A stretch of 64,000 bases of DNA from the IMG/VR virus record IMGVR_UViG_3300033149_002975, positions 38,812 through 102,811 of that record, one strand, 5' to 3'. Within the stretch, counting starts at the first letter, position 1; every line of letters starts with the position of its first letter. This document shows positions 37,093-47,607 of this stretch, piece after piece. This DNA is from a virus. The position numbers and the translations under genes are program-made. The notes beneath the pieces are model-generated. The model worked only from the letters and a program-made list of their open reading frames with translations. It did no database searches and was not told the DNA's origin.

Positions 37093-37356
37093 ATGTATGA
37101 AATACTATTGAAAGTGGCTGTAATTGGTCTTGTTCTTATAACGATCAAGGCCATATTTGTTGGTTCAAGTTTTAATTTTTATTATTGGATAAAATTTGGT
37201 AAAATTTACACCAAATGGTATTTTGATGAAAAGCGGGCATCGTTTACTCGATACCTGTGTGATAATTGGGACACCGTTTGGTCTGAATACTACAGATTAA
37301 AAAATAGTAAAATAAGTAATTCACCAGAAGGGATACAAAAAGATGAAAATAGTTAA
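37093..37356 (+). CDS. Small membrane protein
   Basis: N-terminal hydrophobic helix. Confidence 0.45.
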   Translation: MYEILLKVAVIGLVLITIKAIFVGSSFNFYYWIKFGKIYTKWYFDEKRASFTRYLCDNWDTVWSEYYRLKNSKISNSPEGIQKDENS

Positions 37357-38182
37357 TGGCTATAAAATAAAACCACACGCTGACCTGTGTAACGCTAACC
37401 TGTGTAACGCTGACCTGCGGGATGCTGGTCTATTTGGCGCTGATTTATATGGTGCCGACCTATATGGCGCTGACCTGTGTAACGCTATCCTGTGTAACGC
37501 TAACCTGTGTAACGCTGACCTGCGGGATGCTGATCTATATAGCGCTAGCTTGTGGAGCGCTAACCTATATAGCACTAGCCTGCGGGATGCCGACCTGCGG
37601 GATGCTGACCTGCGGGATGCTGACCTGCGGGATGCTGACCTGCGGGATGCTGATCTATATAGCGCTAACCTGCGAAATGCTAACCTGCGAAATGCTAACC
37701 TGCAGGGTGCTGACCTGCGGGGCGCTGACCTGCGGGATGCTAACCTGCGAAATGCTGACCTGCAGGGTGCTGACCTGCGGGGCGCTGACCTGCGGGGCGC
37801 TGACCTGCGGGGCGCTAATTTATCGGATGTTAAAGGTTTACTTATTGCTTCAGATTGGCTGTCTCAGTTCAAAAAAACTTCACGTGGGATTATAGTTTAT
37901 AAAGCATTTGGAGATACATATTTTTCACAAGAAAAATGGGGGAAAATTGAGGCCAAAAAAGTCCTAAAAGAAATTCCAAATCCTCTGCGTACAAATGATT
38001 GTGGTTGTGGAGTAAATTTTGGAACATTAAATTGGGTAAAGAGCGTTTTTGGGCATAAAAATGACACAGTTATACGAGAATGTTTAATCCCATATGAGAA
38101 ACTGGCTGATGTTATTGTGCCATATAATACTAATGGTAAAGCAAGATGTGGGTATTTAATTGTTGGAAAAATAGTAAAATAA
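37343..38182 (+). CDS. Pentapeptide-repeat protein with C-terminal domain
   Basis: Near-perfect 15-bp repeats (gctgacctgcgggat); C-terminal IVYKAF..CGCGVNF..VPYNTNGKARC domain. Confidence 0.9.
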   Translation: MKIVNGYKIKPHADLCNANLCNADLRDAGLFGADLYGADLYGADLCNAILCNANLCNADLRDADLYSASLWSANLYSTSLRDADLRDADLRDADLRDADLRDADLYSANLRNANLRNANLQGADLRGADLRDANLRNADLQGADLRGADLRGADLRGANLSDVKGLLIASDWLSQFKKTSRGIIVYKAFGDTYFSQEKWGKIEAKKVLKEIPNPLRTNDCGCGVNFGTLNWVKSVFGHKNDTVIRECLIPYEKLADVIVPYNTNGKARCGYLIVGKIVK

Positions 38183-38230
38183 GTAATGCACCAAAAACAA
38201 TAATCATTCTATTACACACGAGAAAATAAT

Positions 38231-39613
38231 ATGGGGATGGCAGATACAGTCGTATCACAATCCATACAGGATTCATTTTGTTATCTGGCAATAACTGATA
38301 CAAAATTTCTGCAGGCAGCTCGTCGGTCGATAAAACCACAATATTTTTCTTCCCAAGTTACTGAAGATATAATATCAATATGTTATTCGTATTTTGACCA
38401 ATTTGGTGTTGCACCGGATGCGCACTTTCACGACGAATTGGCTAGGTTTCTTCAAGATAAAACTGACGAAAAAAAGGATTTATATATAAAATATCTAACA
38501 AAACTCCAGTCAATTAATAAACCAAACCAAGCCTATATAATTAGTAGAATAAATAATTTTGTTCAAGCCAGAGAATTTGAAAAAGCTGCAGTTAATTTTA
38601 TAAAATTGGCAAAAGCTGGGGATTATGAAAAAGCAAAACAAATAATGACTTCCGCCATTCGTTCTGGAATAGCTAAAGAAGAAGTTGGTTTGAAATATTT
38701 AGAATGTAAGACACCGACTTATTATGAATCAGAATCCGGCAATGAATATCTAATGGGCACTGGATTTAAGACTTTGGATAAAAAATTGCCGCGAGGATTA
38801 AGGAGGACCGATTTTCTATTAATTGAAGGTGGGTATAAGGGTAAAAAATCGTGGTCGTGCGTAAGTTTTGGTAGAGAAGGATTAATACACGGATTAAAAG
38901 TTCTTCATATAACACACGAATTATCACTGGAAGAGACGGAGATGAGATACGATAGACAATTGGGTGGAATGACCAGCTACAACAAAGACCCCGTCATAAT
39001 TGAAAATATAGATTCTGAGGGAAATTTGATATCGACTGAAAAAATTATTGCTGATTCAGTATTTGATATTTCAAAAGTTATGCGTGCAAGGAAACGCATC
39101 GCAAGATTTGGTGGTGAATTGATTATCAAAAAATATCCTATGGGCCACTGTACAATGGATGAAATTATAAGATATCTTGATTACCTTGAAGCTTATGAGG
39201 ATTTTATTCCGGATGTGGTGATCAATGATTACATTGAAAAAATGAAATTACCAAAAATGGAAAGACGCGATGCAATAAATGATTATTATATGTTAAGTAA
39301 AGGAATAGCAGATGACAGGAAATTGTTAATGATTACGGTTTCACAAGTCACCAGAGACGCATTACAAAAACGTACATTAGGACAAAAAGATGCAGCAGAA
39401 GATATAAGAAAGATAGGAAATGCTGATATGGTATTGGGTATAAGCCAAACGAAAACACAATCAATCGAAAATCGAATGCAATGTACAGTGATGGCAAACC
39501 GCCACGGCGTGCAAGACATCGGTTGTGTATTTGCAACAAATCTTGACTTAGGACAATTAATAGTTAAAGATTGGGAAATCAAAAACAATATACAAGAAGC
39601 CGCAGGGGATTAA
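38231..39613 (+). CDS. dnaB: DnaB-like replicative helicase
   Basis: VLHITHELS, PDVVINDY, ITVSQVTR, AEDIRKIGNADMV, ANRHG; atypical Walker A GGYKGKKS. Confidence 0.85.
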   Translation: MGMADTVVSQSIQDSFCYLAITDTKFLQAARRSIKPQYFSSQVTEDIISICYSYFDQFGVAPDAHFHDELARFLQDKTDEKKDLYIKYLTKLQSINKPNQAYIISRINNFVQAREFEKAAVNFIKLAKAGDYEKAKQIMTSAIRSGIAKEEVGLKYLECKTPTYYESESGNEYLMGTGFKTLDKKLPRGLRRTDFLLIEGGYKGKKSWSCVSFGREGLIHGLKVLHITHELSLEETEMRYDRQLGGMTSYNKDPVIIENIDSEGNLISTEKIIADSVFDISKVMRARKRIARFGGELIIKKYPMGHCTMDEIIRYLDYLEAYEDFIPDVVINDYIEKMKLPKMERRDAINDYYMLSKGIADDRKLLMITVSQVTRDALQKRTLGQKDAAEDIRKIGNADMVLGISQTKTQSIENRMQCTVMANRHGVQDIGCVFATNLDLGQLIVKDWEIKNNIQEAAGD

Positions 39614-39615
39614 AG

Positions 39616-40113
39616 ATGAAGGTTCTTAAAGCAAAAGTTGAAAACAATGAATTGAGAATTCTCGTAGATAGAATACCATCATTATCCGAACTTGTTTTTG
39701 AGAAAAAATACCCTCTATATTTTGCCGAAAAAGAAGGCTATGTTGCATTTTTCTCATACCGAAACCCAGGCAATGGATACGGGGGGAGAACTTTTAATAT
39801 CAATATTAGGCAAAAAAATGGTAACACAACCAAAGAAGAGTTAATTGGCCCGTGGTCAAGTCGAACTGGAGTAATGAACAAAGTTGGGTTTATTCCGAGT
39901 ATGAGTGTTGCAATCACAGATGACGAGAATACTTTTAACAGAAGTTATACTTTCCACACCGGATATATTACTGTACAACTTGCAAAGGATTGTTTGCCAA
40001 AAGGTTATGTTCTAAAGAAAAAAATTAACGAGGATGGTGAAATTATCTATAAAGTAAATGAAATTAAAAATAATACACAAAGAATTGTAAAAAGTAATGG
40101 TTTTCATAATTAA
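39616..40113 (+). CDS. Hypothetical phage protein (start reassigned to MKVLK)
   Basis: GYGGRTF..GPWSSR.GVMN motif. Confidence 0.5.
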   Translation: MKVLKAKVENNELRILVDRIPSLSELVFEKKYPLYFAEKEGYVAFFSYRNPGNGYGGRTFNINIRQKNGNTTKEELIGPWSSRTGVMNKVGFIPSMSVAITDDENTFNRSYTFHTGYITVQLAKDCLPKGYVLKKKINEDGEIIYKVNEIKNNTQRIVKSNGFHN

Positions 40114-40124
40114 ACTGGTTACTT

Positions 40125-40571
40125 ATGAAATCAATTTTTCGTGTGATGATTAAAATAATCAGACATTTTTTGCATTTAGATTCATTGATTTATGGGATTA
40201 AAAACCTATATCATTGGTTCCCACTTATATGGCAAGACCGGCAATGGGATCAATCATATTTATTCGAAATTTTACGACTAAAATTATCATTGATGGAAAA
40301 ATATTTTGATTCCGATTTTTTATTGCCTACTGACAATAAAAAACAGGCAAAACGAATGAGAATTTGTCGTTTGTTAATTGAACGAATACTGATAGACGAT
40401 TATACATCACCATTTGATGAATTAAACGAAAACGTTGAAAATTTTGAAGAAACCAAACTAGGAAGAAAAAGGTTTAAATGGGAATGTGAACACAAAGAAA
40501 ATATGATAAAACAAGATTTGAATTTATTGTTTAAATTATTAAATAAACACATAAGGTATTGGTGGGATTAA
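40125..40571 (+). CDS. Hypothetical phage protein
   Basis: WFPLIWQDRQWD...YWWD pattern. Confidence 0.55.
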   Translation: MKSIFRVMIKIIRHFLHLDSLIYGIKNLYHWFPLIWQDRQWDQSYLFEILRLKLSLMEKYFDSDFLLPTDNKKQAKRMRICRLLIERILIDDYTSPFDELNENVENFEETKLGRKRFKWECEHKENMIKQDLNLLFKLLNKHIRYWWD

Positions 40572-40744
40572 TAGCATATGGAAATAAGACGAATTAAATG
40601 CAGGGCAACCGGTGAACAATTGATTATTACAAAACCGGAAAACATAAGAAGAATCGATGCCGGAGAACAATTATCTATTAGAGATATTACACACGAAAAA
40701 GATTTTCACTATACAGGCAGTGTTGTCGGATTGGATGGTGCACA

Positions 40745-41299
40745 ATGATATTTTTTACCGCCGATGAACATTTTGGTCACGCGAATATAATAAAATATTG
40801 TAATCGCCCATTCAGCAACGTTGAAGAGATGGATGAAATGATAATTGCTGCCCACAATCGTCTTGTGAATAATGACGATGTGGTCTATCATTTAGGGGAT
40901 TTTACATTAAAAAGAAGAAGTAAAGCACAACAAATCATTGAAAGATTAAATGGCAAACAACATATATTTATAAGAGGAAGCCACGATCGGTGGTTGGATG
41001 ACACTGCTCAACATATATTTGCACAGGAAAATGCACAACGAATTATTGAAACAAAAATTGAAGGACAAATAATAGTTTTATGCCATTATTCCATGCGTGT
41101 CTGGCACAAATCTCATTACAACAGTTGGCAATTATTTGGACACTCCCACGGATTATTAAAGCCCATAGGAAAACAATGGGATGTTGGTGTTGATAATAAT
41201 AATTTTGAACCAGTATCATTTGAAAAATTAAAAAAGATTATGGCCAAAAGACCTGACAATTTCAATTTTATACACAAAAATAAAACGTTTAGAGCATGA
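40745..41299 (+). CDS. Calcineurin-like metallophosphoesterase
   Basis: DEHFGH, LGDF, GSHD, LCHY, GHSH, DVGVD. Confidence 0.9.
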   Translation: MIFFTADEHFGHANIIKYCNRPFSNVEEMDEMIIAAHNRLVNNDDVVYHLGDFTLKRRSKAQQIIERLNGKQHIFIRGSHDRWLDDTAQHIFAQENAQRIIETKIEGQIIVLCHYSMRVWHKSHYNSWQLFGHSHGLLKPIGKQWDVGVDNNNFEPVSFEKLKKIMAKRPDNFNFIHKNKTFRA

Positions 41300-42783
41300 A
41301 TGATTTTTCGTACAAAACGTTAACCAAAGAAGAATTGGCTGAAATTTTTAAAGACCACAAATTTAAGATTCAGCCAAAACACCAAGTACTCATATCTTTG
41401 GCTTTTGTTATGGGCCAAAAATTAGATTCGGTTGCTTATTGGCTCCCAGTCAGATTTGGGAAAACAATCACCGCATTGTTAACTGCACAACTCTGGGGTT
41501 GTCAAAAAATGTTGGCTGTTTGCCCAAGCTCGGCTTTCGAAGCGTGGGATCGAGATATTCCAAAAGCTACCAATTATACATATAAATTTTTAACCGGCAC
41601 TAGATATGATAGAATTTATAAATTGAGACACACAAACAATAATATTTACATTATAAATTATGAAGGATTAAAAAGCATTTATGCCCATTTACACCCTGGT
41701 GATGCAATTAATAAAGGTAAATGGGAGATTTGTAATGATGAATTTGTTGATAACTTTGATTGTATAATATTTGACGAAGTACACAAAGTTACGGATTATA
41801 ATACTATACAATCAAATATTTGCTATGAATTGTCAAAGCGATCAAAATTTTGCATTGGAATGTCAGCCGACCCCATTAATAAACATTATTTGGAATTATT
41901 TAATATTTATAAAGTCATAGATTTGGGAGAAACTTTTGGCAACAATTTTTTTGCTTTTCGTCATAAATATTTCAAGCCGATAAATTTAGTTAATAGTAAA
42001 ACTAAAAAAGGCTTCCAAAAATGGGTATTAAAACATAATGCAGAAAAAGGAATACTGGAAAAAATAAGTAAACGCTCAATAAGTTTTGAAAGGTCTGAGT
42101 GTTCCAAAGTCCCGGACAACAAACCAACAACGATTTACATTAAGCCGTCAGAAGAATTTCTTGAATGGCAAAAGAATGTGATTGAAAATGATGAAATACA
42201 AATTAATGGTACACCGGTAGACGTTTCAAATCCGACCACAAAAGGTCAAAAGATGTTGCAGCTATCTGCTGGTTTTATTTATGACGAACACGGAAATCAC
42301 AATGTTCAAAGACTAAAAACCAACCCAAAATTAGATGCATTAATAAATTTGATAAATTTGTGTATTGGAAAAATCCTTGTATGGCACCATTATACTGAAG
42401 AAGCGTATATAATAGAAGAAGCATTAACAAAGAATGATATAAAATTTGTATCAATGCGTGGTTCGATAAAAGAATCCAAAAAATCAATAATGGCCAAATT
42501 TAATTCGAAGCCGGAAATTAAAGTGTTACTGGTACAGCAATCCATATGTGAGGGTTTTGATGCCAAAATAGCTTCTAATATGATGTTCTATACACCGGTA
42601 GCCGGACCGAGATTGAGAAATCAATGTGAAGGTCGAATTAAGGGTGATGGTCAAATTGATAATTATCAGATTTATGATTTAATAATGAAAAATTCTTTTG
42701 ATGAAAAAGTTATAAGAAATTTGAAGAAGAATACAAGTTTTAAATCAGCAGTTATGGCATATATAAAGGATTTTAATAAATGA
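41296..42783 (+). CDS. SNF2-like superfamily 2 helicase
   Basis: FGKT, INYE, FDEVH, NPKLDAL; motifs III and VI diverged. Confidence 0.8.
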   Translation: MNDFSYKTLTKEELAEIFKDHKFKIQPKHQVLISLAFVMGQKLDSVAYWLPVRFGKTITALLTAQLWGCQKMLAVCPSSAFEAWDRDIPKATNYTYKFLTGTRYDRIYKLRHTNNNIYIINYEGLKSIYAHLHPGDAINKGKWEICNDEFVDNFDCIIFDEVHKVTDYNTIQSNICYELSKRSKFCIGMSADPINKHYLELFNIYKVIDLGETFGNNFFAFRHKYFKPINLVNSKTKKGFQKWVLKHNAEKGILEKISKRSISFERSECSKVPDNKPTTIYIKPSEEFLEWQKNVIENDEIQINGTPVDVSNPTTKGQKMLQLSAGFIYDEHGNHNVQRLKTNPKLDALINLINLCIGKILVWHHYTEEAYIIEEALTKNDIKFVSMRGSIKESKKSIMAKFNSKPEIKVLLVQQSICEGFDAKIASNMMFYTPVAGPRLRNQCEGRIKGDGQIDNYQIYDLIMKNSFDEKVIRNLKKNTSFKSAVMAYIKDFNK

Positions 42784-43109
42784 TGAATGATGAAATGTAT
42801 AAAAAAGAATTACAAAAAGTTATTAATAAGTATAAAGTAATTGGGGTTGGAGACAACTATACTCATACTGAATGGTTGTATTCAATGTTTGCTAATCGTT
42901 GTAAAATTGCTGATGATAGATTAATATTAAATCTATATGGTGTATCCACCAAATTGAACACCGCTAATAGACCAAATAAAAAACAAAATTTTGATACCAT
43001 ATTTAAAAAAGCAATAATTCAAGCGATGCAAAATTGTTTGTATATGAATCAAATGCATCTCGAAGATTTACAAAAAGATTGTTTAACATCATTAATGGAT
43101 AAATTATAA
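42780..43109 (+). CDS. Hypothetical protein
   Basis: 109 aa ORF coupled to the upstream gene. Confidence 0.45.
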   Translation: MMNDEMYKKELQKVINKYKVIGVGDNYTHTEWLYSMFANRCKIADDRLILNLYGVSTKLNTANRPNKKQNFDTIFKKAIIQAMQNCLYMNQMHLEDLQKDCLTSLMDKL

Positions 43110-43123
43110 AATGGAGAATTTTC

Positions 43124-44341
43124 ATGAAATTAACTAAGGGTAAAACCAATAATGCAATAATCACAACATTAACAAATGTTCGTGAACACCCGAACGCCGA
43201 CAGACTAAAATTAGCTACGGTTTTGGGCACACAAGTAATTGTAGATTCGGAAGCGAAAAATGGTGATGTTGTTATATATTTTGATTCCAATTTGCGTCTA
43301 TCACAAGAGTATTTATATAACAACAATTTATTTTCAAGTCGAGAAATGAATAAGGATAAAACGAAAAAGGGTTATTTTGGAAAGAACGGAAGAGTAAAAG
43401 CCCAAAAATTTAGAGGAGAAATTTCAAATGGTTATGTGGCACCACTTGATTCATTGAAATTTGTAGCATCCATTGCCCCCGTTGAACCATTCCACGAAAT
43501 ATTAGCGAATATAAGAACTGGCGATGAATTTACCCATATTAATGGTGTGAAAATTTGTAAAAAATACGTAGTTGACAATTCGACATTTAATGTTGGCGTA
43601 AAGAAGAGATTCAAATCCACAATGTTTCACAGACATTGGGAAACCAAGCAATTGATGAGGGAATTATTGAATTCAATACCGGCGGATGCTACGTTTTACG
43701 TGGAAGAGAAGATTCATGGAACGTCTGGCCGTACCGGTAATGTTTTATGCGATAATAACAAAAAATGGTGGCAAATTTGGAAAGAAAAACAAGTATGGAA
43801 AGTTTTAAGTGGGACACGAAGAGTTGATAATATAGATACACATTTATCCAATATTAGAAAAGAAATTGAAGAAAAAGTTGCTCCAAATCTTCATAAAGGT
43901 GAAGAAATTTATTATGAAATATACGGTTATGGGGGGACATCAGAAATTCAAAAAGGTTTTTCATATGGTTGTAGACCAAATCAGTACAAAGTAATGCTAT
44001 ATAGGGTAACCATCACCACACCCGATGGTTGCTCCACAGATTTGAACAGAGAATTGGTTTATAAACGTGCGGAAGAATTGGGATTGGAAAAACCAGTTTT
44101 ATTGAGAAAAATAAACGAAAATTCGCCACTGATTAGTTTAAATGATAAAATTGAAGCAATCATCGGTTTGGCAAAAGGCAAATCGGCATTGGATCCGAAT
44201 ACGTTAAGAGAAGGAATTGTGGTGTGGTTCAAAGATTTAAATGGTGAATGGACGGCATTGAAACATAAATCAGAAGAATTTTTGGTATTTGAATCTGGAC
44301 AAAGGGATAAAAAAATAAATGATATAGAGGATAGTTTATGA
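43124..44341 (+). CDS. ATP-dependent RNA ligase (Rnl2/DRB0094-like) with N-terminal tRNA-binding OB domain
   Basis: HPNADRLKLA..FRGEISNG; EKIHGTS (motif I), YEIYG, REGIVV, ALKHKS. Confidence 0.85.
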   Translation: MKLTKGKTNNAIITTLTNVREHPNADRLKLATVLGTQVIVDSEAKNGDVVIYFDSNLRLSQEYLYNNNLFSSREMNKDKTKKGYFGKNGRVKAQKFRGEISNGYVAPLDSLKFVASIAPVEPFHEILANIRTGDEFTHINGVKICKKYVVDNSTFNVGVKKRFKSTMFHRHWETKQLMRELLNSIPADATFYVEEKIHGTSGRTGNVLCDNNKKWWQIWKEKQVWKVLSGTRRVDNIDTHLSNIRKEIEEKVAPNLHKGEEIYYEIYGYGGTSEIQKGFSYGCRPNQYKVMLYRVTITTPDGCSTDLNRELVYKRAEELGLEKPVLLRKINENSPLISLNDKIEAIIGLAKGKSALDPNTLREGIVVWFKDLNGEWTALKHKSEEFLVFESGQRDKKINDIEDSL

Positions 44342-44532
44342 AAAGGTTAATTTACAAAAAAAGAGTTCGACAATTAATTAGGGATAAACTAAAAACAATG
44401 CGCCCCGGTTGGGATTGTAAATTGATTTCTAAATCAGCAATCGATCAATTGGAGGCCAATTTTAGAGCAATGATTGTTCGTGCAATTCAGGCACACCCAA
44501 CAAAAGGCAAAACATTCAAAGAGATACAATAA
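44338..44532 (+). CDS. Putative histone-fold protein
   Basis: 64 aa, basic; LIYKKRVRQLI (alpha1), ISKSAIDQL..MIVRAI (L1-alpha2), KGKTF (L2); GAGGA RBS. Confidence 0.6.
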   Translation: MKRLIYKKRVRQLIRDKLKTMRPGWDCKLISKSAIDQLEANFRAMIVRAIQAHPTKGKTFKEIQ

Positions 44533-44548
44533 AAATATGGTGACGAAA

Positions 44549-44833
44549 ATGAAATTGAAATTAGAAGATTTGGATATTCTACTTTTTGATTTTGCCACTG
44601 AATGTTATTTTTCATTTAGGAATTATCCAAAGCATTACGAAGAGGACAAGAAAGCGATTTTAAAGATAGCACACAAAATGATCAGCCCGAATTTTTCTTC
44701 AACTAATCCTGGTATGACCATTCAACGTAAAATACGGGAAGAATTAGGATTAAATATTCCATTGTCAACTTGTAAACAAATAAACGATGGCTGGATAAGA
44801 ATTTCAAAATTAATGACTGCTTGGAATGATTGA
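44549..44833 (+). CDS. Hypothetical protein (start approximate)
   Basis: ORF 44474..44833 with internal MKLKLE start. Confidence 0.4.
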   Translation: MKLKLEDLDILLFDFATECYFSFRNYPKHYEEDKKAILKIAHKMISPNFSSTNPGMTIQRKIREELGLNIPLSTCKQINDGWIRISKLMTAWND

Positions 44834-45615
44834 TGTCTGTATATTTTGAAAAAGAAAATTTAAAAATCATTCACGACAAATGTAATGAAAACAAATTCAT
44901 TATAGACGCCGAAAGTATTGATTTGGTCCTGACTTCACCACCATATGCTGTGGGTATAGAATACGAAAATTACAACGACGCCACACAATATAATGAATAT
45001 TTAGATTTCAGTAAGCGGTGGCTAAATAATTGTTTTTATTGGCTAAAAGACGGTGGAAGATTGGCCTTAAATTGCCCATTTGAGACTGCAAAATTTGGTA
45101 AACAATCGGTGTACGCTGATTTGTTAAATATTGCAAAAAATTGTGGATTCAAGCATTATACAACGGCCATTTGGACAAAAGGCAATGTTCCAAGAGTTTC
45201 TTGGGGAACTTTTCAATCACCAAAAGCACCTTTATTGATACCGCCTGCTGAGAGTATAATTATTATGTATAAAAATAAATGGAACAAACAAGATTGTGAT
45301 GGAAAAATTACTGATATAACAAAAAGCGAGTTTGTAAAATGGTGTGATGTTGTTTGGCGCATTTGTCCGGAATCGGCTAAAAAAGTTCACCACCCGGCAC
45401 CGTTCCCAGTTGAACTGGCAAGACGTTGTATAAAACTTTTAACGTTTGTTGGTGACACAATACTTGATCCGTTCATGGGGTCCGGAACTTCATTAGTTGC
45501 TGCTTATCGTACGAACAGAAAAGGTATAGGGGTAGAAATATCTGAAAAATATTGTGAATTGGCAAAAAATAGATTAATTAGTGAAATTAAAATTCAAGCG
45601 GGAAAAATATTTTAG
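44830..45615 (+). CDS. Beta-class N4-C/N6-A DNA methyltransferase
   Basis: TSPPY precedes HPAPFP and LDPFMGSGT. Confidence 0.9.
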   Translation: MMSVYFEKENLKIIHDKCNENKFIIDAESIDLVLTSPPYAVGIEYENYNDATQYNEYLDFSKRWLNNCFYWLKDGGRLALNCPFETAKFGKQSVYADLLNIAKNCGFKHYTTAIWTKGNVPRVSWGTFQSPKAPLLIPPAESIIIMYKNKWNKQDCDGKITDITKSEFVKWCDVVWRICPESAKKVHHPAPFPVELARRCIKLLTFVGDTILDPFMGSGTSLVAAYRTNRKGIGVEISEKYCELAKNRLISEIKIQAGKIF

Positions 45616-45812
45616 ATGGGAGCATTAAAATGATTAGATTTTTGATAGTATTAATAGTTGGTATAATAATTGGGTATCTATTACAACCATCGTTGGAGCC
45701 AATTGTGAAAATTGTAAAACCAATAGCTATTACGCAGATTCAAAAATTAAGGTATAAATGAACGAGGTGGAAAAATATTTTAAATGGAAATAATACGGAT
45801 TAAAATAAAAAG

Positions 45813-46772
45813 GTGAATGAGCAGCAGATAATAGACATTTTACAAAAGATCAATATGCCATATACGACTGCACCGGCCAAAAATGTATCCGTTGGTTTTA
45901 TAGGCATTAAATGCCCATTCTGTGATGATCCTTCAAATCATTGTGGAATAGCGATTGGTGCCGGTAATTTCTCCTGTTGGAGATGTCGTGAATCGGGCCC
46001 TTTTATTAGATTGTTACGAAAACTTACAGGGGAATCGGAAAAATACTGCCAGGAATTAATAGATGGTATAAATTTACAATTTAAAGAAGATTCATTAGAA
46101 GTTATAAAAAAGATCATTGATTCACAAACAGAAAACCGGAATCCAGACAAGAGAAAATTTGAAGGTTTACCACGATTTTTTGAAGAAATAAAAATTGAGA
46201 TAGATTTTCCGTTACTTTATTCATATCTAAGCAGACGAAAAATTTCATTGGATACCGTTATAAAACATCACTGTGGAGTCTGCAGATTTGGTAAATATAT
46301 GAACAGGATGATAATTCCAATAATGTTCAATGGGAAAATTGTTTCTTATCAGGCGGCAGATTTAACAGGATTTGCGGATATTAAATACAGTACAGCACCA
46401 GGTGATATTAATCAATATTTATATAACTATGATTTGGTAAAAAATTCTGGGCGTATAATAATTACTGAAGGAATATTGGATTGTTGGAGATGCGGAGATG
46501 ATGCAGTGTGCAGCTTTGGAGCACATCTCACGGAAAAACAATTTAAACTTATCCTGGATAAAGAACCAAATGAATTAGTTTTTTGTCGTGATGAAGATTA
46601 TTATACAAAAGAGATAAAATATAATTCAGAAGTGGGACAATTTATGCCTTTTATAAAAAATATTAAAATAGTAAAATTTCCACGGGGAGAAGATCCCGAC
46701 AGTTTTGGTGCAAAATTTGGTGAACAAGCATTACAAAAATTAATAACAAATACGGAATATTGGGATGGGTAG
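45813..46772 (+). CDS. DNA primase (Zn finger plus TOPRIM)
   Basis: CPFC..HC..CWRC; ITEGILD; DED; EDPD. Confidence 0.88.
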   Translation: MNEQQIIDILQKINMPYTTAPAKNVSVGFIGIKCPFCDDPSNHCGIAIGAGNFSCWRCRESGPFIRLLRKLTGESEKYCQELIDGINLQFKEDSLEVIKKIIDSQTENRNPDKRKFEGLPRFFEEIKIEIDFPLLYSYLSRRKISLDTVIKHHCGVCRFGKYMNRMIIPIMFNGKIVSYQAADLTGFADIKYSTAPGDINQYLYNYDLVKNSGRIIITEGILDCWRCGDDAVCSFGAHLTEKQFKLILDKEPNELVFCRDEDYYTKEIKYNSEVGQFMPFIKNIKIVKFPRGEDPDSFGAKFGEQALQKLITNTEYWDG

Positions 46773-47607
46773 AATAATTGCACCAATACAGTGGCTTGGT
46801 GGTAAATATAGAATGGCGCCAAAAATTGTAAAATTTATTGAAGAAAGACCACATAAAATATATGTTGAACCGTTTGGTGGCGGTGCATCCGTATTGTTAG
46901 CAAAAACCCCATCACAATTAGAGGTGTACAATGATATCGATGGAGGATTAGTTAACTTTTTTAAAGTTCTAGCGAACAGTAAACTATTTGAAAGCTTTTT
47001 GAGAATTGTTTCTGTATTACCACACAGCAGATCATTGTATAATGAATACAAAAGAACGTGGATTAATGAAGATGACCCAGTAAAAAAGGCGGCTAAATGG
47101 TTTGTAATTGCCAGACAATCCTTCAGTGGAAATTTCGATAATTGGGGATATTCAATAAAAAGCCCGGTTGCCAAGAGATGGTTAAATTGTATTAACGGTT
47201 TACCGGAAGTCCATTATAGATTACAGAATGCAATAATAGAATGTTCTGATTGGTCAAATATTATCAAAAATTTTGATTCAGTTGATACATTATTCTATGT
47301 GGATCCACCATATTTGAAATCAACAAGAACAAAACATAGGTGCTACAGATATGATTTAACCGATGATGATCATATTAGATTAATTGAGATACTATTAACG
47401 TTAAAAGGACAAGTAATACTTAGTGGATATAAGAATGAAATATATAAACCATTAATAGACAACGGTTGGTGTTATCAAGAATTTACATCAATTTGTCAGG
47501 CTGCGAAAAGAACTAAAAATGTAAATTTGAATCACGGCAGAATAGAATGTATATGGGCAACACCTATTATTAAAGATTCAATAGAAACTGACATTAAAAT
47601 ATTCTAA
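46765..47607 (+). CDS. dam: Dam-family (D12) adenine methyltransferase
   Basis: WLGGK, YVEPFGGGASV, YNDID, YVDPPY. Confidence 0.9.
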   Translation: MGRIIAPIQWLGGKYRMAPKIVKFIEERPHKIYVEPFGGGASVLLAKTPSQLEVYNDIDGGLVNFFKVLANSKLFESFLRIVSVLPHSRSLYNEYKRTWINEDDPVKKAAKWFVIARQSFSGNFDNWGYSIKSPVAKRWLNCINGLPEVHYRLQNAIIECSDWSNIIKNFDSVDTLFYVDPPYLKSTRTKHRCYRYDLTDDDHIRLIEILLTLKGQVILSGYKNEIYKPLIDNGWCYQEFTSICQAAKRTKNVNLNHGRIECIWATPIIKDSIETDIKIF

